From Octopus vulgaris (lineage: Eukaryota): a stretch of DNA of 64,000 nucleotides. Positions 1-11,734 of the stretch are shown piece by piece. How positions within the stretch are numbered: the first letter of the stretch is position 1; each line of letters starts with the position of its first letter. The position numbers and the translations under genes are program-made. The notes under the pieces were generated by a model. It was given only the letters and a program-made list of their open reading frames with translations. It had not been told where the DNA came from and did not search any database. The stretch lies in the NCBI GenBank assembly GCA_951406725.2, contig OX597814.1:199330001-199394000 (forward strand), written 5' to 3'.

Positions 1-752
1 TGCGGAAAAAGTTTTGCGCCTATAAGCCACGTCAGTTCCCAGCTGTTACGCCTAGAGCAAATATGTGGAGTGCGCGTCCCTTGGATTTCCGTTTTTACCG
101 AACACACCGAGCAGAAATAGTGTATCTATGTTTTTGTTAAATGCTTGGTGATAGACTCAAAGAATCCAGAAGATTCAGTAGGTGTTTGGCGATGGTGCCA
201 TGGGCAAGAACATATCAAAGAGTGGTTCAACCGCTTCAAACATGGCCACATCTCAGTGGAGAAAGAGTCACGTTCAGAAGGGCCATCCACGAGCCAAAAC
301 GAGGAGCTGATTGAGAAGGCTCGGCGAATAGTCATGTAAGTCAATGGAAGATTGGCGAATAGTGATGCAAGAGTGTAACAATCCCAGAAATTACTCACGA
401 AGTGGGAATATGCACCAAATTAGTGTATTCCATTTCAACGGAGGATTTGTGCATGCAGAAATCGTTCAGGATATACTGAACTGTGCAAATCACGAACCTG
501 ACCCAAACTTCGTGACTGATAATGAGACATGGTTTTATGGTCTCTGCTCGATGCGTTCGCTCACCTTGCATGAAACTAGAAATCCGACGAGCGCACCATT
601 CTACGTCTGTACTCGAGGCGTAACAGCCTAGAGCTGAAGCGGCTTACTGGTGTAGGAAAGGTGGAGTCAGCTCTCATCCAGAGGATTTTGCCCACGCGGG
701 ATTAGTTTTGGCGAGAAAATATAAAGGTAGATGCCTTTTGAAGGTACTTCGT
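1..752 (+). mobile_element. Decayed, internally deleted mariner transposon with long inverted repeats; left end lies outside the window
   Basis: Translations IKEWFNRFKHGHISVEKESRSEGPSTSQNEELIEKAR (mariner HTH and GRP region) and DPNFVTDNETWFYG (TGDETW motif). Positions ~12-90 are a diverged reverse complement of ~579-660. Confidence 0.85.
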
Positions 753-761
753 GTATACGAC

Positions 762-1123
762 AGGTTCCGGGTTCAGTCCCACTGCGTGGCACCTTGGGCA
801 AGTGTCTTCTACTATAGCCTCGGGCCGACCAAAGCCTTGTCAGTGGATTTGGTAGACGGAAACTGAAAGAAGCCCGTCGCATATATGTATATATACATGT
901 ATATGTGTGTGTGTGTGTGTATGTTTGTGCGTCTGTTTGTCCACTAACATCGCTTGACAACCGATACTGGTGTGTTTACGTCCCTATAACTTAGCGGTTC
1001 GGCAAAAGATACCGATAGAATACGTACTAGGCTTACAAAGAATAAGTCCTGGGGTCGATTTACTCGACTAAAGACGATGTTCAAGCATGGCCAGAGTCAG
1101 ATAACTGAAGCAAGTAAAAGAGT
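762..1123 (+). mobile_element. SINE family A, 5'-truncated (tRNA-derived, central microsatellite)
   Basis: Matches ~15 other copies in the window: GGTTCAGTCCCACTGCGTGGCACCTTGGGCAAGT ... central TA/TG microsatellite ... CTGAAGCAAGTAAAAGAG tail. Confidence 0.9.
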
Positions 1124-1532
1124 ACACGCACACACACACACACACACAATATATATATATGTTTATATATATTAGAGAAATAATTCAGAGGGTTCCTGAC
1201 ATGTATTTGAACAACAAATACAGAGGACAGTATATTAATTAACATACAATATAAATTCCTGATTTATTGAAATTATCTACGTTTTCTGAGAGATTATTAG
1301 CGCAATTCCCTGGTGGTAGTTTGTACCAATCCTAAATGAAAAGGGAAAATAATGTCAAGAATTATCCAAAAGCTAGAATTATCCAAAACTGACCGGCTAC
1401 TAATAAAAAAGACAGTCGGGTTGCCTGAAAACGAAGATACAACTGTGGTCTCGTGTTTCTATCTTAATGGAGGTTACGTGCACTGCAACTGTCCTATCTT
1501 CGGCAGACGAGACATTTAACCATATAAAAAGT

Positions 1533-1593
<61 letters not shown>

Positions 1594-1912
1594 ACATGTA
1601 GGGATACACGCAACACACTCTGATACATACATACACCTATGCAAACAGAAGGAAAGAAATATAGTCGGAGACATGAGTTACGAGTTAGGTGTTTCACCTG
1701 ATGTCTTGTGCTATGATTCACAATTACATTTGTATTCAAGATACCTTGTCAGTGAGTCTTATTTTCATATTTTCGATGCTTCTAAATTAAGTTAAATATA
1801 CACATTCATATTTATACAAATACATGCATACATATTTAAACACTGACACAGGTATGTGTCTATGTATACAGTTTCGTATGTGTGCATATGAGTGTGTGTG
1901 TGTGTGTATATC

Positions 1913-2097
1913 GTTGGCGATTTTTTCCCTCCGTCTTCCCTTCTTTGGATCTTACCTTATGTTTCTGACGAAGAGCTCCACTCGAAACGTTATATCCTCC
2001 TTCTTTCTTTCCTTTCCTGAGGGTCCAAAAACACTATACTTGTTCCACGTCCTCGCGTTGTTGTGTTTTCTCTTTGTGTTTTCATGGTTGGATTAAC
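1913..2097 (+). mobile_element. Penelope-like/retrozyme-like short element with a minimal hammerhead motif (1961-1995)
   Basis: GTTT-CTGACGA-A-GAGCTCCACTC-GAAACGTT. An inverted copy lies at 52601-52778. Flanked by TG/TA microsatellites. Confidence 0.65.
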
Positions 2098-2431
2098 TAT
2101 ATATATATGTATATATATATATGTATATATATGCATGCATACATACGTACACGCATACATACGTACATGCATGCAAACATATATACGTGTATGTATGTGG
2201 AACGCGGCAGTGTATTCCGTAGTCTCCTGACATGAAGTCACTTACATCAGAGGCTGGTCTTTTTTCTTCTAGTCTTGGCTGTCAAACTATCTCTGAGTAG
2301 GAAAACTCTTATAAGTAAATTATACCATATTATGCATGTATATGTGTATGCGCGCGCATGAATGCAATTCTAGGATTCGAAATGTGTCACCGGGTTTTTG
2401 AGAAACTTGTACAGTGATAAAATGTTACTCT

Positions 2432-3320
2432 TACGAGTTACACAGAAGTAACTGGTGATATTTCCTCTTGGACGAGCCCTTGTAGTTCAGGCTTTCGCCG
2501 TTAGAAGCCACTTGATGCAATTCTCAGGCATCAGTCTGCCGACCGGCGTCCTCTACTGGGGACGTACTGCAACGTGGTGCGTCTTTGTTTCGCTGTTCGT
2601 CGACTTTTGCGATGGATGAAAAGAAGGAACAACAGGCTTCCGTGAAATTCTGTTTTCTGCTAGGGAAAACAGCGACTGAAACAGTTGTCATGTTTCAAAC
2701 AGCTTACAAGGACGCTGCCATGAGCAAAACACAAGTTTACGTGTGGTTTTCATGCTTTAGAAATGGTCACTTATCGCTTGAAGACCAACCTCGTCCAGGG
2801 CGACCGTCGGCCTTTTGAACGAATGACAACAACATGAAACATCATGAACTGGTCGTGGAGGACCGTCGCCGAACAATTGACAAACTTGATATGACTGGTG
2901 TGTCCTGGAGTTGCTACCAAAGAATTTTGATCGAGGAATTGCGAATGAAAAGAGTTGCAGCAAAAATTGTGCGTCGCTTGCTCACTGAAGATCAAAAGCA
3001 GTCACGGTTGAATGCGTGTTGTGAACTGAAGGAACAGTTGAAAGTTGATCTGGACCTTCTTAGAGGGTCATCACTGGTCATAAAAGCTCATTTCGTACTA
3101 CGAAATTTGCAGATGCGGAAGAGGTGAAGGTTAAAACGACGGGGGCGTTAATAGGCAACACTTCGCAAGAGTTCCGGGACTGCTTCGAACAATGGAAAAC
3201 GCATCTGGATGGATTCATTGCTTCAAATGAAGAATACTCATAAGGTGATAAAAGTGTAAGCATAAAACTAAGTGAATAAAATATTGCAAAATTCTGATTT
3301 CTTTTGGGTACCCTCTCGTA
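2432..3320 (+). mobile_element. Internally deleted mariner (irritans-like) transposase pseudogene with TIRs
   Basis: MDEKKEQQASVKFCFLLGKTATETVVMFQTAYKDAAMSKTQVYVWFSCFRNG...PRPGRPS; KRVAAKIVRRLLTEDQK; C-terminal FRDCFEQWK. TIRs TACGAG(T)TACACAGAAGTAAC (2432) and GATTTCTTTTGGGTACCCTCTCGTA (ends 3320). Confidence 0.9.
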
Positions 3321-3377
3321 CATACAACCTTTTTGTAGTAGTAATGTACCGCCACGAAAATGAATATATATAACTAG

Positions 3378-4930
3378 GATAATTTAAATTGGTTTCGGCC
3401 ATTAACGGCCCAGGCCACGACTAACTCAATAGAATCACCTGGAAGAGTCTTTTAATTAATTATTCCTGGACACTATGGACCACTCAAGCGGAGAGTTATT
3501 GTTGACTGAGACGTATCCAGGTGTAGGTGGTTTATCCGGTATTTCCTGGAGGAATTTGTCCAGGTATCCTTTGAAAAGTTGTGCGGTTTTTTCCTACTTT
3601 AATTTCTTTCTGGATAACATTGAAAACTGGGGGACCATTTGCAGCGAAGAAATTGTGTCACAATGTTCTTATGTGATGTGACCCCCGCCCTTTGTAGGGG
3701 ACGCATTGCACGGGGGCCTAGTCTTGGGTGAATTGTAAACATAATACCAATATCATTTGGATAATATTCGTGGAATATTCTCCACATAGTGCAAATGATG
3801 TAACGCTCACGGCGGCGTTGCAGAAAATAGTGTTTCAGCTGTTTAGGTCGAGCCCAATAATCAATTCCCGTCATGCCATTTATTGTTTTTAGTGATCGAT
3901 CTTTGTGACGCTTCGATCCTCATTGTCTTGTTTTTTGTAGGATGACCGCAATGGCCAGCAGTATTCGAGTGGGGCCTAGCGAATATGGAGAAGAGAAGGA
4001 TGATGGTTTCATGAACCCTAGATTGGAAAGTTCTGAGGATCCATGAGTACATTCTGCGGGCAACATCGACTTTTTTGTTGATGTGAACACTCCAGCTGTG
4101 GATGCTGTCGACAGTTACAACTAAGTCTCTGATATTATCCAACGGTTCAAGTAGGTCTCCTGACGGTAGTGTATATGGTTGTTTGAGTGTGCCCGCTTTT
4201 CCAAAGTGGATGAACTCAAAGTTAACTTCGTTCAGCTGCATATAGTCTTTTATGTGCCCACTGGGTTACTGTGCATAAGTCCGATTGAAGCATTGTTCGA
4301 TCATGTCGCCCTTAATGACTTTCTGGAGGTTAGAGGCATCTGTAAATATTTTAATGGTGCTATGTTCAGTGGAATCTGCAATGTCATTGGTATAGACAAT
4401 AAAAAGAGGTGGACTCAGCAGAGTACCCTGCGGGACTCCGCTGATGACTTTTGCTGGTGTTGAGTGGATGTCATCAACCACAACATGCTGGGTCCTGTTT
4501 GTTAGGAAATACTTAATCCATTGAAGAAGCTTTCCACCGAATCCAGAATTGGACAGTTTCCTTAACAGTATATTGTGGTCGACTCTGTCGAAGGCTTTAC
4601 TGAAAGCAAGGTATATGACAAGGATATCAGTGGCGTCGAAGGTTATGTCGGAAAGGACATCCTGGGGATTCACAGAAGCAAAGCTGCTCGAGTCAACTGA
4701 ATCAGGGTCACTGAAAACAGAGCAGTATTGACTTTGCATAATCTGTCATATCTTTGGCATCACTGTGAAGGATGCCGTTTCCGTCAACCAGTGGACCGAT
4801 AGTAGAAACTGTGGTCCTATGTGCTTTTGCAAAGGAATGAAGTACTTTAGGATTATTCTTGATGTTTTTAATACCCACCAGGCTTCCTCTGCAGCTCTTT
4901 GGTTGTTTTTGAGGGTTATATTAAATTTTG
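3378..4930 (-). mobile_element. 5'-truncated, frameshifted CR1/L2-group LINE (RT domain to 3' end)
   Basis: YLAFSKAFDRVDHNILLRKL, SGVPQGTLLSPPLFIVYTND, IFTDAS (degenerate YADD), RPH..C..W; 3' tail GGCCTGGGCCGTTAATGGCCGAAACCAAT. Confidence 0.92.
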
Positions 4931-5268
4931 CTCATGTATGTATGTTTGTATGTATTTATGTATGCATATGTAGGCAAACTTTAATCGCCACTAATTGTGA
5001 CTCTATGTACTACAAGCACATTTAATGCTAGAAATAAGAGCTTAATCACTTATAGCCGCGTAAAAGCGCATCTATATATACTGACAGGGTAGATAAATGC
5101 CCCATGAACGAAGCAAAGCTAGAACACTTGACTGCACAGTATCATCCTAATGGAAATTGACAACAGTATGCCTCCAGCGCTTCTACAGAACAGCCAGTTT
5201 TCCCTGTCAGTAAACATATTTGCCATATATATTTAATGGCCGATTTAGCGAAATGACAAATCGTATAG

Positions 5269-5354
5269 TATAAAATTAATGTGGCTAGCTGGGCGCAATA
5301 TAAACCGTATTGGCAAAATTTAGTCATCGCTCAGCTACCCATATTAATTTTATA
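5269..5354. mobile_element. Small hairpin/MITE-like element
   Basis: 27-bp inverted repeats TATAAAATTAATGTGGCTAGCTGGGCG / CGCTCAGCTACCCATATTAATTTTATA (3 mismatches), TA ends. Confidence 0.6.
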
Positions 5355-6246
5355 TGTATGAATGAGTCACTGTGAGTTAGTATGTTTATGAATGAGTTAA
5401 CGTACCAATATTTAAGAGGTTGCATAAACTTGCACTCGTGGAATGGGCATGTGACTTTAGTACACATTTATCCGTCGCGATGCTAATTGTGTTTGTGTGT
5501 GCCATAGTGTGATAGTGTGCCTGTCGCACACGTGCAATAGTGTACTTCTTCCAGGAAACTGGAACATAGCACTCCTGGAATGTTTTACAATTTGTTACTG
5601 CATAATAATCGATTTTTAAAAAGGTATTGAACCATTTTAATGTGTTATTAAAGGGTGTTATGCAAATCTGTTGATATATAGCTCAATGCAGATACAAAAA
5701 GAAACTTAAAGCTCGGATATAAAAGCTGAAAGTTCCTCAACAATTCACCAGAGTTAGACGGGGTGATCTACGGAGCAGCTGACCTCTACAAACCGGTATT
5801 ATTTTTGTTCCAAGTTATATAGAACACTCTCAAGCTTACCGGGTTTGTGCGAGGTTGCTGTTTTTGTTGAAATGTTCAACCAGTAACATTCATTTTGAGT
5901 CCGGTGTACTTTTGATATGGCCACTGAGAAAATCCTGTCTGCCAATAGCATTGTGAATTATTCAAGCAACAATGTCATGTTTCATGAGCAGATAACACCT
6001 TGCAGGCTTTCTTGGACAACTTTATGACACGGTTAACATTTTCCGTCACAATGTGCAGATTTAGAGGCATTTTCTCGGGCCTTTTGTGATGATCTCTTGT
6101 TTCTGTACAGCAAAGACATAGATGACCAAAAGAGAATGACTCTCCCCAGACATAAAATATGTCCGATAACGAACAGTCCACGGCTATTGAAAAGGTCGCA
6201 AGGCGCAACGAAAATTTTAGTAAAAATAAATAACTCGTTCATACAT

Positions 6247-6628
6247 AGGCGTTAAAGTGGCTGTGTGGTAAGTAGCTTGCTTGCGAAACTAGTGGTTCTC
6301 GGTTCAGTCCCACAGCGTGGCACCTTGGGCAAGTGGCTTCTAATATAGCCTCGGGCCGACCAAAGTGGATTTGGTAGACGGAAACTGAAAGAAGCTCGTC
6401 GTATATATGTATATGTGTGTCTATGTTTGCGTGTCCGTGTTTGTCCCCTCAATATCGCTTGACAACCGATGCTGGTGTGTTTACGTCCCCGTAACTTAGC
6501 GGTTCAGCAAAAGACACCAATAGAATAAGTACTAGGCTTACAAAGAATAAGTCCTGGGTTCGATTTGCTCGACTAAAGGCGGTGCTCCAGCATGGCCGCA
6601 GTCAAATGACTGAAACAAGTAAAAGAGT
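6247..6628 (+). mobile_element. SINE family A, full length
   Basis: tRNA-like head with A box GTGGCTGTGTGG and B box GGTTCAGTCCC; ACCTTGGGCAAGT resembles the start of the CORE domain; tail GGTGCTCCAGCATGGCCGCAGTCAAATGACTGAAACAAGTAAAAGAG. Confidence 0.92.
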
Positions 6629-7261
6629 GGAAATCGGGCCGGTGAATGTGTTGAATTAATAAGGCTCGAAAATGACTCACCCCAGGCACAATAAAAGACA
6701 TATAGCTTCTAGATGAAATGTGGTATATCTTTCACGGGCTATGTTGTTGCTCTGCATAATTGTGTTCGTATGTGTGTGTGTGTGTGTGTGTTCGTACATA
6801 TGAGTGTGTATCTGTGTTATCTATGTTATCTTAATACATGCAAAAGTAAATTCGACCATTTGTGCTTGCATCACGAGTGGCAGCAGAAGGCCGCAAGGAC
6901 ATTGGTGTGAGCTGGATGTAGCTTGTACGAGAGAATAAAGAATAACGTTACAATAAATGCAGAAATATCGAAATTTGACAAGGATTAGCGGTGAGATTAA
7001 AGAAGAGATAGCAGTTGTCAGTTGTTGTTCGATTAACTGACCAGTCATACACACATACACACACTATCGAAATGCCCGGCGTTGGTCAGAGAAAGCACTC
7101 GAGATGTTAACAGTGAACGAACGGTCGCGTGTTGGCGAAAGAAACTGCAAATTATCCCAGTGAATTTCGATCTCAGCATCTTCTGTAATAATTCATGAAG
7201 TACACGCACAACAGCAAGAAAACCATTCCTAAGGCATTTATTCATTCTTAATGCGTTTTGG

Positions 7262-7933
7262 CGTGGAGGTGCAAATGGCCCAGTGTTTAGGGCAGCGGAC
7301 TCGCAGTCGTAGGATCGCGGTTTCGATTCCCAGACCGGGCATCGTGAGTGTTTATTGAGCGAAAACACCTAAAGCGCCACGTGGTTGTGAATCCTGCTGT
7401 ACACTTTCACCACAACTTTCTCCCACTCTTTCTTCTTGTTTCTGTTGCAATGGCCCAGTGATTAGGGCAGCGGACTCGCGGTCGTAGGATCGCGGTTTCG
7501 ATTCCCAGACCGGGCATTGTGAGTGTTTATTGAGGGAAAACACCTAAAGCTCCATGAGTCTCCGGCAGTACTCCTTCACAACTTTCTTTCACTCTTTCTT
7601 CCTGTTTCTGTTTTACCTGTATTTCAAAGAGCCAGCCTTGTCACACTCTGTGTCATGCTGATTCTTCCCGAGAACTACGTTAAGAGTACACGTGTCTGTG
7701 GAGTGCTCAGCCACTTGCACGTTAATAAATGAGCTGCGACGTTACTGGTGCCAAGCTATATCAGCCTTTGCCTTTCCCTTGGATAACATCGGTGGCGTGG
7801 AGAGGGGAGGCTGGTATGCATGGGCCACTGCTGGTCTTCCATAAACAACCTTGCCCAGACTTGTGCCTCGGAGGATAACTCTCTAGGTGCAATCCCATGG
7901 CCATTCATGACCGAAGGGGGTAACAACAACGAC
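7262..7933 (+). mobile_element. SINE family C, variant C3, with duplicated head and (AAC)n tail
   Basis: tRNA head TGGCCCAGTG..GGTTTCGATTCCC present twice (7262, ~7447). 12-bp TSD AATGCGTTYTGG at 7250-7261 and 7934-7945. Confidence 0.88.
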
Positions 7934-8157
7934 AATGCGTTCTGGCATAGTGTCAACACTTGTGCCTTTTGTCATCGTAAGATACATCCTCCTCGTAAAC
8001 GATCGATGTTTAACACAGGCACAATTGAACGGTGAAGCGGGTAGACTTTGTGGCGCTGCCACGTTTGGAATTCGGTGCGTGTCTCGGTAAAAAAACCACT
8101 CCGCTGGACCGATGAATGTCACAATAGCACTGGACCTTTTCTGTCTTTTTAACTTTT

Positions 8158-8922
8158 GTTTTCTTTAGTTCATTTAGTCATTAGGCTGCGACTTTTAGTC
8201 GAACGAGTCGAGCCCAGCATTTAGTACTTTTTAAGCTTGGTGCGTATTCTATCGGTATCATTTGCCGAACTGCTATGTTACGGAGAAGCAAGCACCGGTT
8301 GTCAATAGGTGGTAGAAGACAAACACACACTCACGCATATATACACACACAGACACACACACACTCTTTACTCTTTTGCTTGTTTCAGTCATTTGACTGT
8401 GGCCATGCTGGAGCACCACCTTCAGTCGATCAAATCGCCCCCAGGACTTATTCTTTGTAAGCCTAGTACTTATTCTATCAGTCTCTTTTGCCGAACCGCT
8501 AAGTTACCGGGACGTAAACATACCAGTATCGTTTGTCAAGCGATGTTGGGGGGGGGGGGGGGGCACAGACACACAAACACACACATACACATATATACGA
8601 CGGGCTTCTTTCAGTTTCCGTCTACCAAATCCACTCACAAGGCTTTGGTCGGCCCGTGGCTATAGTAGAAGACACTTGCCCAAGGTGCCACGCAGTGGGA
8701 CTGAACCCGGAAGCATGTGGTTAGTAAGCAAGCTACTTACCACACAGCCACTCCTACGCCTATTATATATACACTATGGGCTTCTTATACTTTTCATCTA
8801 CAAGGCTTTGATGGGCATGAAGCTATAGTAGATGACACTTGCCACTTGCCCAAGGTGCCACATAGTGGGACAGAACCCGGAACCATGCGGTTGGGAAGCG
8901 AACTTACCATACGGCCACACCT
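8158..8922 (-). mobile_element. Cluster of SINE A: full copy 8363-8762 plus degenerate fragments on both sides
   Basis: Reverse complement of the family A consensus. Confidence 0.88.
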
Positions 8923-9371
8923 GTTAAGAATCAGCCAACAACTTATTTGCTGATGCGTGCTAATTTCTGCTAAACAGAAAATAATTAGATGATGTGTGTG
9001 TTCGTAGCACACGCGATTCCCTTTAACAAGAGAAGAATGAACAGATATCTTATTGTTTGGTTTCTCGCCATTCTGCATGCATTCGATGAATTACTGTCTG
9101 TTTAGCCGACCTCATCACGCATCAACAAATAATTTGTTTGCTCATTCCCATAAACAAGAGCCCGTGTTCATGTCAGGTTCATTAGTCCAGCGGGTAGCTT
9201 CTATTGAGAAACGGAGATTAACAAAACAAATTGCATTTGCTATTTTTTGCACTATGCTAATTTGGTTAAAATAGAAAGCCCCAAACTTTATATGATAGAC
9301 GACTCACTTAATTTGCTATCCTACCTATTATAACCTCGGGTACTTAGCAGTGTGCGTGATTCATACATTTA

Positions 9372-9422
<51 letters not shown>

Positions 9423-9522
9423 GTTTTATTTATATTCCTGAGCGCCATACTAATACAATTGTTTGTTTGTATTCCACCTGCCTTCGTCGAGAATTTTGTT
9501 TATTTTTCATAAAAAGCTTCCC

Positions 9523-9570
<48 letters not shown>

Positions 9571-9572
9571 TA

Positions 9573-9792
9573 TAGAAATATTAATATTTCTAAGTCTCTC
9601 TAAGGGAGACTACGGTAGCGGTACAGGATATTAATAGATATCGTCAAGCTAATATGACAGTCCATAAATATAGGACGATCGCTGTCGTTGATTAGCTCCA
9701 AGAGGCCATCGCCTCAAGGTAGCTATGTGACACACGAACCTGTGTCCGTTATAACCTTTGAACAGAAAGACTTAGAAATATTAATATTTCTA
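9573..9792. mobile_element. Unclassified 220-bp element with 29-bp TIRs whose outer 20 bp are a perfect palindrome
   Basis: TAGAAATATTAATATTTCTA at 9573-9592 and 9773-9792. TIR extends inward (AGTCTCTCT / AGAAAGACT). Several internal hairpins. Confidence 0.6.
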
Positions 9793-10747
9793 TTTTTCAA
9801 AACTAGTGGATCTATTCCACTGAGTTTAGCTAAATAATCCTTCGAACAGACGGTCAGTAGCGACGCCTGTTGGGGTCGGCTGCTCTGCATTGATAAAGGG
9901 CAAATACCCTGACACTAGTGTGCAGATGCGAGCGAGCGAGCGAGCGCACAAACACGCGCGACGGGAATCTTTCAGTCTCTCTACCTAATTCACTCACAAG
10001 GCTTTGATCGGCCCCAGATTATAAAAGAAAATACTTGCTTAAGGCGCCACACAGTCAGGCTGAACACGGAACGATGTGGTTGGAAAGCAAGCTTCTTATC
10101 ACACAGCCCCACCTACGCCTGACTGCGAGTTTCTATGTAAATGTTGCATGTGTGTTCGAGTGTATGTGTGTGTGCGAATGTACGCATATGTTTATGCGAT
10201 ATCAACGTCTCAATGTCTTATGTCTTGTGTCTTGGGGGCAATTTATTAGTTCACTATTCACAAATTAAACATTGTTTATTTTCACTGGGGGTGTAAATAA
10301 AAATACTACGTTCAATTTTTCTGGATTAGTACTAGCTGCTCTTATTTCATATTTCCCCGAGCAAATTGTCTACGAGTTGAGACTCAAACAATACCGGATG
10401 TCACTTTGTCGATTGTCTTTGGTTTTTTCTGTTTTTAGGATGGTTTTAAAGTTATTTCTGTCTTCGTTTGAGAAATCAAGAATATCATTTCACGTATTTC
10501 ACAAGGTTACTTTGCATACGTCGCTGAAATATTACTTTGAAGATCGTATTATCAAATCGGAATAGAATGATCTTGCCAGCGGTTATTGATATTTTCAGAA
10601 GCTTTGAATATCTCGGTTCCGTCACTTGACTGAAGTCACTTTAGCCTTTGTTAATTGGTCAGTAAACTGTTGGCGACTTCAAAGACATTATATTTTTTCC
10701 AGACGAGGCATCAAATTTCAGAATTTGCTGAACTTTGTCTCTGCATT

Positions 10748-11274
10748 ACACACACACACACACATAGACACACATAGACACACACAAATAGACACACACA
10801 AGCGCACACACTCACACACACTCACACACACTCACACACATTCTCACACACACTCTCACACACTCACACTCACACACACTCTCACACACTCTCACACACT
10901 CTCACACACTCTCTCACACACTCTCTCACACACTCTCTCACACACTCTCTCACACACTCTCACACACTCTCTCACACACTCTCTCACACACTCACATACG
11001 CTCACAAACACACTCGCACACACACTCACAAACACACTCGCACACACACTCGCACACACACTCGCACACACACTCGCACACACACTCGCACACACACTCG
11101 CACACACACTCGCACACACACTCGCACACACACTCGCACACACTCGCACACACACTCGCACACACACTCACACACACACACACTCACACACACACTCACA
11201 CACACACTCACACACACACACTCGCACACACACTCACACACACTCACACACACACTCACACACACTCACACGCA

Positions 11275-11310
<36 letters not shown>
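10748..11310. repeat. Compound (CA)n-derived micro/minisatellite with 10-12-bp units
   Basis: Blocks of CTCACACA.., CTCTCTCACACA and CTCGCACACACA; explains the spurious 264-aa His/Thr ORF. Confidence 0.95.
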
Positions 11311-11734
11311 GTACGTGCATGATTTTTCTTTTCTGTATTGCCGATAATTTGTCTCATTATACAGTGTCTGTTTTATGTACAATATTTAAATGCCATAAAG
11401 CCGCACTGTGGGTTAAATAAGAATGTAAACACACTCCTTCAATGCTATTCATGTACTGTGAAAGGAAGTGGGTCTCCTGTGTGGGTGTCTCATGATTTGT
11501 TGATTGTTCCTCTGCAAAGACAAACCTGTCTTCCTTCCCCCAGTGGACCAACTGCTTATTATTCGTTCATGAATTAAGCAAGCACGTTAATGAATGATCT
11601 AACTTGGTCCTTTGTGCTTTTGACCGATTGTCATTAATCAAACAATAAGACTTCATTAATTAAAGAATGAGGCCGATGACTTTATATTTGACATTACTTC
11701 GGTTGTTCCCTTTTAGCGTCGGCGTGGCTGTATA

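Noticed and set aside
5620-6240. Possible Tc1-like transposase traces (also ~7070-7250)
   Set aside because: Too degenerate: no continuous motif or TIR pair that I can support
10626-11420. 264-aa His/Thr-rich ORF and overlapping Cys/Val ORFs
   Set aside because: Translation of a CA-derived microsatellite, which has no stop codons by composition
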